A program made the translations under genes and the position numbers. Shown one piece after another: positions 1 to 9,402 of a DNA stretch of 64,000 nt. The stretch comes from Candidatus Binatia bacterium. Its GTDB lineage: Bacteria > Desulfobacterota > Binatia > HRBIN30. Under the pieces are notes generated by a model that was given only the letters and a program-made list of their open reading frames with translations, was not told where the DNA came from and did not search any database. The stretch lies in NCBI GenBank assembly GCA_038245295.1, contig JBBRSP010000008.1:128001-192000 (forward strand), read 5' to 3'. Numbering within the stretch: the first letter of the stretch is position 1; each line of letters opens with the position of its first letter.

Positions 1-2
1 GT

Positions 3-944
3 GATTTGCGTCGCAGCCTGGTGGTGGTCACCCTGATGGGTATCCTGCTGCCGCTGCGTCCCTGGGACCGCATCTTCGCCCACGTTCCGTTCATCGCCGC
101 GCTGCAATATCCGTGGCGATTCCTCTCCCTGGCGACATTCGGTTTGGCCGCCTGCGCCGGCTTCGCGACCCGCGAGCTGTTGAACGCTTCCGCGCGGTTC
201 TCCGATACAGCCCGCTGGCCGCGCTTGATACCGGGGGGCGTCGCGGCGCTTCTGCTCTGGGATGCGTTTCCGTACAGCGGCGCCGTCGACTGGTCGCCGC
301 CGTACGAGGGCGTTGCCTTCATGGTGCCGCAAGACGACACGTGTGGCGCGCGGTTCGGGTGCTGGGAGACTCACCCCATCGAAGGTGACTTGCCCCTTCG
401 TGCGGCAGGCTTGTTGTTGTTACCGCCCGCCGACTACGAGCACGACCTTTCGCGCGTTGGATTTGTCTATCCGGAGCTGTATTCACCGGCGCTTTGGACG
501 GCGTTCTATGAACCTCACTTTGGCCCTCAGCGTGACGAGGTCCTGCGCCACGCTGGTGTCGGGCTGGTGATCGCCGGTCAGCCGCCCAGTGCTCAAGTGT
601 TGAAAGCGGATCCTTATGCAGAGCTCCTGAGCGACGGTCATGACCCGATCGCGCTCGGCTTCAATCGGAAGGCGGGTCGCATCTCACTTGCCCTGTCCGG
701 CGAAGGCGGCCGTGTCGTCGTTCGGGAGCAGTGGTTTCCCGGGTGGATGGTCCGCACGGCCGACGGATTGACGGAGGCAACTCCGACCGCCGCGGGCTTC
801 TTGCAAGCCTCGGCTCGCGCCGGCCAGACGAGCATGACGTTCGAGTTTTTGCCTCGCTGGCCCGAGGCCACAGGCGAGGCGGTTTCGCTCATTGCCGCCG
901 GAGTTGCCTGGCTCGCCTTCCGCAAGAATCGCATTCGGGAATGA
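3..944 (+). CDS. Membrane protein, YfhO/PTPS-related GT-C-like (5'-partial)
   Basis: Frame is open from the window edge. LQYPWRFL motif after TM helices; C-terminal WFPGW...G followed by a terminal TM helix, as in YfhO-like proteins. Confidence 0.6.
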   Translation, partial: DLRRSLVVVTLMGILLPLRPWDRIFAHVPFIAALQYPWRFLSLATFGLAACAGFATRELLNASARFSDTARWPRLIPGGVAALLLWDAFPYSGAVDWSPPYEGVAFMVPQDDTCGARFGCWETHPIEGDLPLRAAGLLLLPPADYEHDLSRVGFVYPELYSPALWTAFYEPHFGPQRDEVLRHAGVGLVIAGQPPSAQVLKADPYAELLSDGHDPIALGFNRKAGRISLALSGEGGRVVVREQWFPGWMVRTADGLTEATPTAAGFLQASARAGQTSMTFEFLPRWPEATGEAVSLIAAGVAWLAFRKNRIRE

Positions 945-951
945 TCCGGTG

Positions 952-3384
952 TCACGAACTCGCGGCCGTGCGGTGTTTTGCCGCCAGCGGGTGCGAGCGT
1001 GCCTCGACGGCGAAAAAGATCACGGCCAGGACGGAGAGTGCCGTTCCGAGCCACGCCGACCAGTGGTGCCACCGCGAATAGCTGAAGTGCGTTTCCGCCT
1101 CGCTCGGGACAAAGATCATTCGTTCGGCCGCGGCGTGGAACAGCCGACCCGATGCGGGTGCCCAGTAGGGAAAGTAGGAATAGGCGATCGAAACGGGTAC
1201 CGATGGGGTAGTTCCGCGCAGCGTGAATCCCTGGCCGTCCGGTTCCCATTGCAGCATCGGCAGTGGCGATTCGGAGGCCGGTTTTGGCGTCGTTTTCAGG
1301 AGTTGCGGAATCAGTGTTGTGTTGGCAAACGTTCTCAACTCGTCAAACAGCCGCTGCTCAGGATTCAACGCCTGCGGTGAGGATGCTCGAGCGGCTAGAT
1401 TCACGGGGGGAAAAAGAATGACCACGGTTCGGTCGGAGCCGCTCACCGCCGCACCGTTGACGATCCAGCGCTCGACGACCCCGGCACCCTCGGCGACGTC
1501 ATGCAACTCGATCAACTCGAAGCGGGCGCGCAATTCCGGGTGGTACGAGAACAGAAGGCTCACGAGCTTGAACGGCAAATTCCCGAGTTGATCGACATAT
1601 CCGATCAGCTCGCGCCGAATCGGTGCGACCGATGGTGCGGGAGCGGCATCGACGGTGAAGATGCTGTACGGACCGATCACCGTCGGTGCGGCAATCGGCA
1701 GCGTCCTGAGCCGGTCGCGAAATTCCGCACTTGCCGCAACGACGTGGCTAATCCCGAAGCTCCGCAGATCGGAAAGAATATCGGCGGACAATTCGAATGG
1801 GCCGGGCGCGTCGAATAGATACGTGTGACCGCCGAGCGCTTTCATCATGGCGGCCGGCGGTATCCAGGCCGCGGAGCTCTGGATGAAAAGGCCATTGAGA
1901 CTCTCGACGCCAGTCTCGGCGAGTTTCGAATAGATGTAGTGCGGCGACCGAAGGGCAAAGATTCGTGCGTCGTCGAAGTATTCGAACAGCACTCTTCCCG
2001 TACTCTGCCTCTGCAGAAACTCGACAACCGCATCGTCGTCGGCGTACCGCGAGCTCCAGCGTGCCGACCACGTCGCCTGCAGCGTCATCGGTGGGTTGCG
2101 CTCGATCGCCACGATGCTGCCGACCCAGACGATCGCGATCGCCGCAATCGCCACCGGCCGACGGCGCCTCGAGGCGGGCAGAAACGCGAGGGGCGCAACG
2201 CTGGCGATTACCGCCGTGAGGAGAACGATGAGCGAAGCGAAGCGATAATAGTGCAAACCGAACGCGACGCTCATGGCGACGTAGCTACTCGACAAGACGA
2301 ACGCGCTGATGATTACGATCAGAAAGAAGTGGCGGGCCGATTGGCCGTGTCGCCACGCGCGCCGTGTCAGCAGGAACAGCGGCAGAAGAAACAGCAAGAA
2401 TGGTTCGGTGAGTGTCAGTGGAGCTCCCGCCCCGAACAAGCCGGCCATAAACAGACCGGGTAGGTCCTGTAGAGGGTAACGGAACACGATGGTCAGCAGG
2501 TCTCCCACCCACGGCTCGATATCCAAGTAGGTAAACCGCGACGCCAGCACGACGCACGGAAGCAACCAAAATGACGGTAAGGCGACGCCGAGCGCCAGCG
2601 CCAAGACAAGCCGATGGCGCCGTTCGACGGGCACCGCGAAGCAAGCCAATGCGCCAAGGCCTGCTGCATAAACCGCGCTCAGCGTATGCGTGAGCAAGAG
2701 CGCGGCGAGCCAACCGGCGACGCCGCACAGCGATGGCCGCTGCCGCCGGCGTAGAAACTCAATGAGGCTGGCGCAGTACCAGAGCAACAGGTGCCAGGCA
2801 AAGAGCTGCGGGTAGAGTCCTCCATGAATGATCGAGCTGGCTCCGATCCCGAACATGTCCTCACTGCCAGCCAGATACCAGAACGTGATCGCGCAGGAAC
2901 CCAGCGCCGCCAGCACCCGCGCTGGTTGGCGCTGCGTGTGATCGTCGGCGACGAGATCTTCCGCCATGCCGCGCCCAGCGAGGTAGACGGACCACGGCAA
3001 GGTCGTGCATCCCAGGACGAGCAAGATTCGTGTTGCCAGCATCACCGGGTCGTCGGAAATCCAGCCGAGCGGCAGCGAAACCAGGCAGGTGAGCAGATGC
3101 GCACCGAAACTGTAGAAGGTCAGGGCGGGCCAGCCGGAAAACGCCGTCCGGTCAAAAAATTCGAACCGGCCTTGGAGAAGCAGACCCCGCAGGTGGCGCA
3201 TGAGCGCCAGTTGCCCAGGTAGATCTACCGACGGAATCGGCCTCGGGTTCAGGTACGGAGCGTACCAGGAAGCGAGAAATAAGCTGAACCCCAGGAGAAC
3301 GAGCCGCTCCGGTGTCAGTAGCCCGAGACGCTTTGAAGCATCAGGCGGCTTGCGCGCGGCATCAGGACTCAAGTGCACGGCCAA
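952..3384 (-). CDS. Multi-pass membrane protein, PTPS-related/YfhO-like GT-C glycosyltransferase fold
   Basis: 810 aa; N-terminal DLPGQ..GWPALTFY, many TM segments, C-terminal YSYFPYW and a terminal TM helix. Confidence 0.6.
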   Translation of the reverse strand: MAVHLSPDAARKPPDASKRLGLLTPERLVLLGFSLFLASWYAPYLNPRPIPSVDLPGQLALMRHLRGLLLQGRFEFFDRTAFSGWPALTFYSFGAHLLTCLVSLPLGWISDDPVMLATRILLVLGCTTLPWSVYLAGRGMAEDLVADDHTQRQPARVLAALGSCAITFWYLAGSEDMFGIGASSIIHGGLYPQLFAWHLLLWYCASLIEFLRRRQRPSLCGVAGWLAALLLTHTLSAVYAAGLGALACFAVPVERRHRLVLALALGVALPSFWLLPCVVLASRFTYLDIEPWVGDLLTIVFRYPLQDLPGLFMAGLFGAGAPLTLTEPFLLFLLPLFLLTRRAWRHGQSARHFFLIVIISAFVLSSSYVAMSVAFGLHYYRFASLIVLLTAVIASVAPLAFLPASRRRRPVAIAAIAIVWVGSIVAIERNPPMTLQATWSARWSSRYADDDAVVEFLQRQSTGRVLFEYFDDARIFALRSPHYIYSKLAETGVESLNGLFIQSSAAWIPPAAMMKALGGHTYLFDAPGPFELSADILSDLRSFGISHVVAASAEFRDRLRTLPIAAPTVIGPYSIFTVDAAPAPSVAPIRRELIGYVDQLGNLPFKLVSLLFSYHPELRARFELIELHDVAEGAGVVERWIVNGAAVSGSDRTVVILFPPVNLAARASSPQALNPEQRLFDELRTFANTTLIPQLLKTTPKPASESPLPMLQWEPDGQGFTLRGTTPSVPVSIAYSYFPYWAPASGRLFHAAAERMIFVPSEAETHFSYSRWHHWSAWLGTALSVLAVIFFAVEARSHPLAAKHRTAASS

Positions 3385-3841
3385 CCTTATGCCAACCGCG
3401 ATTGCTCGGGGCTTATCCCCGTGCCGATGGCCAGCGGCGCCGCAGCCAGGCCAAGAGCCAAGAACCCAAGAACACTCCCAACACGCTTGTCGAATGGAAC
3501 CAGTGCCATCTTTCGCATCGATCCCGTTAAACCCATCAATTCCAACTCGCGCCTCCGTCGTCTTTTGGGAATTCCATCACATCTGCCGTCGCGGCTAAAG
3601 AGACGCTACGCCCCGAGCTGCCGTGCCCGAGCTGTGATCGCCGTCCGAGAGGTCGCGATTGCGCTTCCAAGAAGCGCTTGAACACAGAGGGCCCTCTCCC
3701 GGTCCGCCGCCGGCCACTTCGGATGAAACGCGTGCGACGAACCAAACCCGTTGCTCAGGCTCGCGCTGGGTCGCCAAATAATGATTCGTGTCTCAACGTC
3801 GCGGTGCCAATTTCGTGGGGCTCGTTTTCGAAAAGGCAAAT

Positions 3842-4582
3842 TCACTCGGGACAACTACCAAGCTGTTTCCCGGCGACGGTGGCGCACAGTAGCTCGATCG
3901 TGAAGGTGCTGCCGTCGTCGGCGGTCTCCGTGGAGCGAACCGTGCCGATGCCGAGCGTCACTTCGCTGACTTCCTCGGTGCGTGTGTGATTCGCTCCCAG
4001 GTCAACCGTGCTGATGCGGTGCAACTCGAAACGCGTGCCATCGGTGTCCGGTAGCCGGCGAGCCCACCGCAGTTGCTTGATGGCACCGCGCGCCATTACT
4101 TCCTGGTCATTGCTGAGCATGCTGACGCGGACCGCCGTGTCGACAGGATCGCGTCGACTGCGCAAGGGTATGTTGGCGCTCGGCAGGGGTGTTTCGTAGG
4201 TCATGCGCAATCCCGCCTGCACCAGCTCGGCGCTCAGCATGTAGCGCGCGTTGTCGCCAATCTGGATGATATTGCGCGACACTTCGTTGTCGGCTTGCCG
4301 CAGTGTGATGCTGCATGTGGTGGCGCGTTCGCAACGAACGTGTTGCGTGTAGATCCCGTCGGCCAAGGCTTTGTTGCCGGTCACACGAACGGTGAACACG
4401 TCGCCATCGTGGAGCGGGGCAATCTGCTGCACGTCGCCGTCGAACAGCACTTCGTCTTTCAGGTCGGGCGGGATCGCGAAGCGGTCGACCGGTGCTGCCG
4501 GGCGGCTGGCCGTACAAGCGGAGAGTACACTCAGGGTGAGGGCGAGCATGGCTCGGGCGTGATACGAACGCATGTCGATCAT
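3842..4582 (-). CDS. Hypothetical lipoprotein
   Basis: Signal peptide with lipobox LSAC; beta-rich body; start could be 4573. Confidence 0.6.
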   Translation of the reverse strand: MIDMRSYHARAMLALTLSVLSACTASRPAAPVDRFAIPPDLKDEVLFDGDVQQIAPLHDGDVFTVRVTGNKALADGIYTQHVRCERATTCSITLRQADNEVSRNIIQIGDNARYMLSAELVQAGLRMTYETPLPSANIPLRSRRDPVDTAVRVSMLSNDQEVMARGAIKQLRWARRLPDTDGTRFELHRISTVDLGANHTRTEEVSEVTLGIGTVRSTETADDGSTFTIELLCATVAGKQLGSCPE

Positions 4583-4650
4583 CCTGACTGATCAGCCACC
4601 CGGCTGGCAAGGTGGTGTGTCGTTCGGAACGGGGCGGTTGGCAAAGTACC

Positions 4651-5652
4651 CTACGACCAGACCCGCTCCCAGCGTCGCGACTGTGCCGATCGGTACATGG
4701 CGAGCGCACCGCGCAGCTCGCCCAGGGAAGACTCGGGCGGTGCGGCTAGAGGTGTGCCATCGAGCACGGCGGCTTCGAAGTCGCGCCACTCTCCTTCGTA
4801 ACTCTGCATGTACTGACTGTCGCCGACGATCGTGCCGGCTCCACCCATGTTACCGAACTGATGGACGTGGGCGGCATCAATCACGATCTCGCCCGCCATG
4901 CCGGTAATTTGAAAGCGCGGCACATTGGCACCGGCTGCCACGGCGAGCAGGGCGTCGAAGCTGGCGACGACGCCGCTATCAAAGCGGCACAGGGCGCGGC
5001 AAAGGGATTCTCCCTGCATGGCGGCCTGGGGATGTGCCGTGACCGCGATGACCTCGTCAAGCTCGCCGCACCACAGGCGCAACGGGCGCAGGAAGTGAGA
5101 ACCGGCGTCGATGGCCACACCGCCACCGGCCGCATCGAGCGAGAAGCGCCATGCCTCCTTGGCGTAGAACTGCGGCATGAACGGCATCGAGCACCAGGCG
5201 CGCGCCGTGATCAACGTGCCGATGGCTCCGGCATCGATGAGTTCCTTGGCTTTGATCACGCCGGGCCAATACTGGGCGTTTTCGGCGACCATGAACACGG
5301 TGCCCGCCGCTCGCGCGGCGCTCAGGATGCGGTCGCAGGCGTCGGGATCGGTGGCCATCGGTTTTTCCAGCAACAAATGGCGCTTTGCGGCGAGTGCTTC
5401 GAGCGCCAACGTTTCGTGCAGATGGTGCGGCACCATGATCGCCACGGCATCGGCCGCGTCGGCGGCGAGGGCGTCGGTCAATGAGGCGAATGGCGTCCCG
5501 CCGGTCTTCGCCGCCAGTGCCTTCGCCTGTGCTGCATTTGGATCGACGCAGGCGGTAACACGCGTGCGTTCGGCGGCAACGCGGATCGCGTTCCAATGCC
5601 ACTCGGCGATGGCGCCGCAGCCAACAATGGCGACTCGTAAGGTTTGGCTCAT
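4651..5652 (-). CDS. Gfo/Idh/MocA family oxidoreductase
   Basis: VAIVGCGAIA Rossmann motif, LEKP motif, GGVAIDAGSH. Confidence 0.9.
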   Translation of the reverse strand: MSQTLRVAIVGCGAIAEWHWNAIRVAAERTRVTACVDPNAAQAKALAAKTGGTPFASLTDALAADAADAVAIMVPHHLHETLALEALAAKRHLLLEKPMATDPDACDRILSAARAAGTVFMVAENAQYWPGVIKAKELIDAGAIGTLITARAWCSMPFMPQFYAKEAWRFSLDAAGGGVAIDAGSHFLRPLRLWCGELDEVIAVTAHPQAAMQGESLCRALCRFDSGVVASFDALLAVAAGANVPRFQITGMAGEIVIDAAHVHQFGNMGGAGTIVGDSQYMQSYEGEWRDFEAAVLDGTPLAAPPESSLGELRGALAMYRSAQSRRWERVWS

Positions 5653-5716
5653 CGGCGGACGGCTACCGCATCCCGCCAATCGCCTCAACCTGTGCGGGTC
5701 ACACCGGCATATCCGC

Positions 5717-5786
5717 CGCGGCTAAAGCTTGCGCCTACCGGGGCGGGATTTGGACGAGCACGGGTAGGCGAAGGCTTCAGCCTGCG
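5717..5786. repeat. Pair of GTAG-type REP-like palindromes (gtaggcg-aggcttcagcct-gcg family)
   Basis: cgcggctaaagcttgcgcctac (5717-5738) and gtaggcgaaggcttcagcctgcg (5764-5786). 5760-5786 matches the reverse complement of 58633-58659 at 26/27. Confidence 0.7.
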
Positions 5787-5833
5787 CTGCGAATTCATTG
5801 TTTCCGTCATCAAGGCGAGATAAACCGCCGCCG

Positions 5834-6592
5834 ATGTCAGCGACCCACAACGCGACGCGCTTCGACTTCGGCGGCGCCCACGTCCTCGTCACCGGCGGCT
5901 CCAACGGCATCGGTCGGGCCATTGCCACGGCGTTTGTCGAAGCGGGCGCGCAGGTGTTCATCACCGGCACGCGCGCCGCGGCGGCAGACTATGACCACGA
6001 CCTGTCGCGGTTTGGCTATCACCAACTCGACGTGCGCCAGGCCAACGACACGGCGACCCTCGTCAAGCGTCTGCCGCGCCTCGATATTCTGGTCAACAAC
6101 GCCGGCGCCAACTTCGCTCGCCAGCCGAGCGAATGGGACCCCGAAATCTTCGAGGACTCCATCCGCCTGAATCTGACCGGTGCCTTTCGCCTGGCCGTCG
6201 CCTGCAAACCTTTGCTGGTAGCGAGCCAACTCGAGGGCGGTGCGAGCATCCTCAACGTCGCCAGCATGAGCTCGTTTTTCGCAGTGCCGGTGGTTCCGGC
6301 GTACGGTGCTGCCAAGGCGGGGATCGTGCAGCTGACCAAGAACCTGGCGGTCGCCTGGGCCGGTGACAAGATCCGTGTCAACGCCGTCGCGCCCGGGCTG
6401 ATCGAATCCAACATGACCGCCGGCATGAAATCCGTGGCCGCGGCGGCGCAACCGCATTTGGACCGCACGGCGATGCACCGCTGGGGCCAACCCGACGACG
6501 TGGCTCCGTCGTTCCTCTTCTTCGCCAGTTCCGCCGCGCGCTTCATCACCGGCCAGACACTATGCGTCGACGGCGGCTACTCGGTGACTTGA
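5834..6592 (+). CDS. SDR family oxidoreductase
   Basis: TGGSNGIG, NNAG, YGAAK catalytic motif, VDGG. Confidence 0.92.
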   Translation: MSATHNATRFDFGGAHVLVTGGSNGIGRAIATAFVEAGAQVFITGTRAAAADYDHDLSRFGYHQLDVRQANDTATLVKRLPRLDILVNNAGANFARQPSEWDPEIFEDSIRLNLTGAFRLAVACKPLLVASQLEGGASILNVASMSSFFAVPVVPAYGAAKAGIVQLTKNLAVAWAGDKIRVNAVAPGLIESNMTAGMKSVAAAAQPHLDRTAMHRWGQPDDVAPSFLFFASSAARFITGQTLCVDGGYSVT

Positions 6593-6644
6593 TGCAAAAC
6601 AGTGCCGTGTCAACGAACCGCCAACCGCCCAACCGCCTACTTCA

Positions 6645-7907
6645 ATGATGCCAACCAACCGTCCCCCCATCTGGCGCACACGCCCAACCGGCTTCGACAT
6701 CGCCCCGGCGACGACTGTGCGCCACGGCGCGATCAACGACTTCGCCTATGTCTCCGAGGGCACGACCAACAGTTATCTGTTGGTGACCTCGGAAGGACGC
6801 GTCGTCATCAACACCGGCCTCGGCTTCGAGGCCCTGGTCCACAGGCAGTACTTCGACAGCATCGACCGCGGACCGGTGCGCTACATCATCCTGACGCAGG
6901 GGCATGTGGACCATGTTGGCGGCACCGACCATTTCTCGGAGGCGGGGACGGAAATCGTCGCCCACGTGAACAACCCGGCGCATCAAGCCGACGACGCGCG
7001 CATCCAACCCTTTCGGACGCGCCGTTCGTACTTTGCCTGGGCGGCGGCGATTGACGGCAAGACGCGGCCGCAAAGTGGGCAGGTGCCGGTTCAGTCGCGT
7101 CCAACGGCAACCATTCTGGTGCGCGATACGTTGCGCTTTGAGTTGGGTGGCCTGGCGGTCGAGGTGGTTCCGTGCACGGGGGCCGAGACCGTCGACTCGT
7201 TGCTGGTGTGGCTGCCAAAGCAACACATGCTCATTACGAGCAACATCTTCAGCGCTCTTTTTGGTCACTTTCCAAATCTCGTGACTATTCGCGGCGACCG
7301 CTATCGCGATCCGTTGCCCTATGTCGCAACGCTCGAGAAAGTGCAGGCTCTCGGAGTCGAGACGTTGCTCATCGGCCACGGCCCGCCGATCGTTGGTCGC
7401 GATCTGATCGCCGCCGAACTCGAGCGTATGAAGGGCGCCGTCTTGTCCGTGCACGACGCCGTCGTGACAGCGATGAACGCCGGCAAGGATTTGTGGGCGA
7501 CGATGCGCGAGGTGTCGTTGCCGCCGGAGCTCGAACAAGGCGAAGGGTACGGCAAGATCAGTTGGTCGGTGCGTGCCATCTGGGAAATGTATGCTGGCTG
7601 GTTTCATCACCAGTCGACCACCGAGCTCTATCCGGTGCCCTACTGGAGTGTGCACGCTGATTTGGTGCGGCTGGCCGGCGCCGATGCGATTGCCGCCGCG
7701 GCGTTGGCCAAGGCGACGAGTGCGCCGGTCGAAGCCTTGCACCTGGCTGAAGTGGTCCTGTCGCACACGCCGGCGCACTCCGGTGCCGTGGCGGCGAGCC
7801 TGTCGGCGCATCGGGTGCTGCTGGCGGCGAGTGTAAATTTCTGGGAGACGCGCTGGCTCGAGCATCAGATTCGTTTGCTCGAGGCGCGGCGGGCGGAGCC
7901 GACATGA
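6645..7907 (+). CDS. Metallo-beta-lactamase fold, alkyl sulfatase-like protein
   Basis: QGHVDH variant of HxHxDH; FPNLVTIRGDRYRD, GHG and GYGKISWSVRAIW motifs typical of SdsA-like enzymes. Confidence 0.8.
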   Translation: MMPTNRPPIWRTRPTGFDIAPATTVRHGAINDFAYVSEGTTNSYLLVTSEGRVVINTGLGFEALVHRQYFDSIDRGPVRYIILTQGHVDHVGGTDHFSEAGTEIVAHVNNPAHQADDARIQPFRTRRSYFAWAAAIDGKTRPQSGQVPVQSRPTATILVRDTLRFELGGLAVEVVPCTGAETVDSLLVWLPKQHMLITSNIFSALFGHFPNLVTIRGDRYRDPLPYVATLEKVQALGVETLLIGHGPPIVGRDLIAAELERMKGAVLSVHDAVVTAMNAGKDLWATMREVSLPPELEQGEGYGKISWSVRAIWEMYAGWFHHQSTTELYPVPYWSVHADLVRLAGADAIAAAALAKATSAPVEALHLAEVVLSHTPAHSGAVAASLSAHRVLLAASVNFWETRWLEHQIRLLEARRAEPT

Positions 7908-9157
7908 GCGACGCCGCGTCCAAGATCCGCATCACCGATCTGGCCGCGCCGCTGCTCACCGACGCCCAGCGCGCCGCAATCGCGTACGCAACCACCGTTC
8001 CGTGCGATTTGTCGGAGGCGGCGGTGATTGCCGCGGCAGAGCGCCAGACCGGCTTGTATGACTTCGGCGACGACGACTTCCGTGATCGTCTGCGTGTCTG
8101 GCTGCAGGCAGTGAATGAGGACGAACGACTTGGGCCTCTTGGACGCCTCGGACTGTTCGGCAACTGCGTGCGCTTTCTGCGTAATCGGTTGCGCCTCGAG
8201 GATCTCTTGAAGCGTCACCCGGCGATCCTCGACATCGAGATCCGAAAACCGATCATTGTCGCCGGACTGCCGCGTTCAGGAACCACCCACCTGTTGAATC
8301 TGCTCGCAGCCGACACGCGTCTGCGTTCGTTGCCGTTCTGGGAAGCGTTGGAGCCGATTCCCGTGGAAGGCGAAGGGCCGGGGCGCGACGGCCTCGATCC
8401 ACGCTTCCTGCGTTGCCGGAGCATGTACGAAGGAATCTCGGCACGCCTGCCTTTGTTGAAGGCGATGCACGACATGCCGCCGCAACACATTCACGAAGAA
8501 GTCGAGCTCCTCGATCTCGACTTCGCTTCGTACCAGCTCGAGTGGGTGTGTTTGGCGCCGCGTTGGCGCGACTATTACCTGTCGCTCGATCTGCGGCCGC
8601 ACTACGCCTACATGAAGAAGGCGCTGCAGGCCCTGACTTGGTTCCGCGGCGGCGAGCGCTGGGTGCTCAAATCGCCGCAGCATCTCGAGCAGCTTGGGCC
8701 GCTGTGCGAGACGTTTCCGGACGCCACGATCGTGCTGACGCACCGCGATCCGGTGGCGGTCATTCAGTCGGCGATTACCCTGATGGCGTATGGCGAGCGC
8801 TTACGCCGCACCAAGATCGATCTGACGGCGTTGGCCGAGTACTGGATTGACCGTGTCGAGCGCCTGCTGCGCGCTTGCGTGCGGGATCGCGACAAGGTGC
8901 CGGCCGAGCGCAGTGTCGACGTATTGTTCCATGAGTTCATGGCGGATGATCTCGGCACCGTCGAGCGCATCTACGCGCGGGCCGGGTTGCCGTTGACCGA
9001 GCAGGCGCGCGTCGAGATGGAGGCGTTCCTCGAGGCGAACCGGCGCGGTAAACACGGTCAGGTGGTGTACGATCTCGAGCGCGACTTCGGAGTCGATCCC
9101 GATGCCGTTCGTCGGCGCTTCGAGTTTTATTTCGCGCGCTTCGCGGTAAGTAGGTAG
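7904..9157 (+). CDS. Sulfotransferase family protein
   Basis: GLPRSGTTHL PAPS-binding loop, LKSPQH, THRDP; ATGA overlap with the upstream gene. Confidence 0.9.
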   Translation: MSDAASKIRITDLAAPLLTDAQRAAIAYATTVPCDLSEAAVIAAAERQTGLYDFGDDDFRDRLRVWLQAVNEDERLGPLGRLGLFGNCVRFLRNRLRLEDLLKRHPAILDIEIRKPIIVAGLPRSGTTHLLNLLAADTRLRSLPFWEALEPIPVEGEGPGRDGLDPRFLRCRSMYEGISARLPLLKAMHDMPPQHIHEEVELLDLDFASYQLEWVCLAPRWRDYYLSLDLRPHYAYMKKALQALTWFRGGERWVLKSPQHLEQLGPLCETFPDATIVLTHRDPVAVIQSAITLMAYGERLRRTKIDLTALAEYWIDRVERLLRACVRDRDKVPAERSVDVLFHEFMADDLGTVERIYARAGLPLTEQARVEMEAFLEANRRGKHGQVVYDLERDFGVDPDAVRRRFEFYFARFAVSR

Positions 9158-9186
9158 CCGCAGGCTTTAGCCGGCTTTAGCCTGCG
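9154..9186 (+). repeat. GTAG-type REP-like palindrome with an internal 10-bp duplication
   Basis: gtagccgcaggctttagcc(ggctttagcc)tgcg; its TAG is the sulfotransferase stop codon. Confidence 0.6.
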
Positions 9187-9402
9187 CCGACGGCCGTGCG
9201 TATCTTCGACCAGGCTGCCGAGATCGGCGGCGGCGACGCTGCCGCCGACATCGAGGTGCTCGGCTGGCGTCCCTACATCGAGTGCCTCTCGATCCGGGCC
9301 ACCGCGCACACCTTCCTGGGCCGCCCCCGCGAGGCACTCGAGTTCGTGGAGCGGCAGAGTTCAAACGGGTAGCCTGGATCGGTGCATCGGCCGTGGCCAT
9401 CG

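Noticed and set aside
6615..6640. aaccgcc heptamer run (also ccaaga run at ~3450-3475)
   Set aside because: Only about three imperfect units; too short to support a call.
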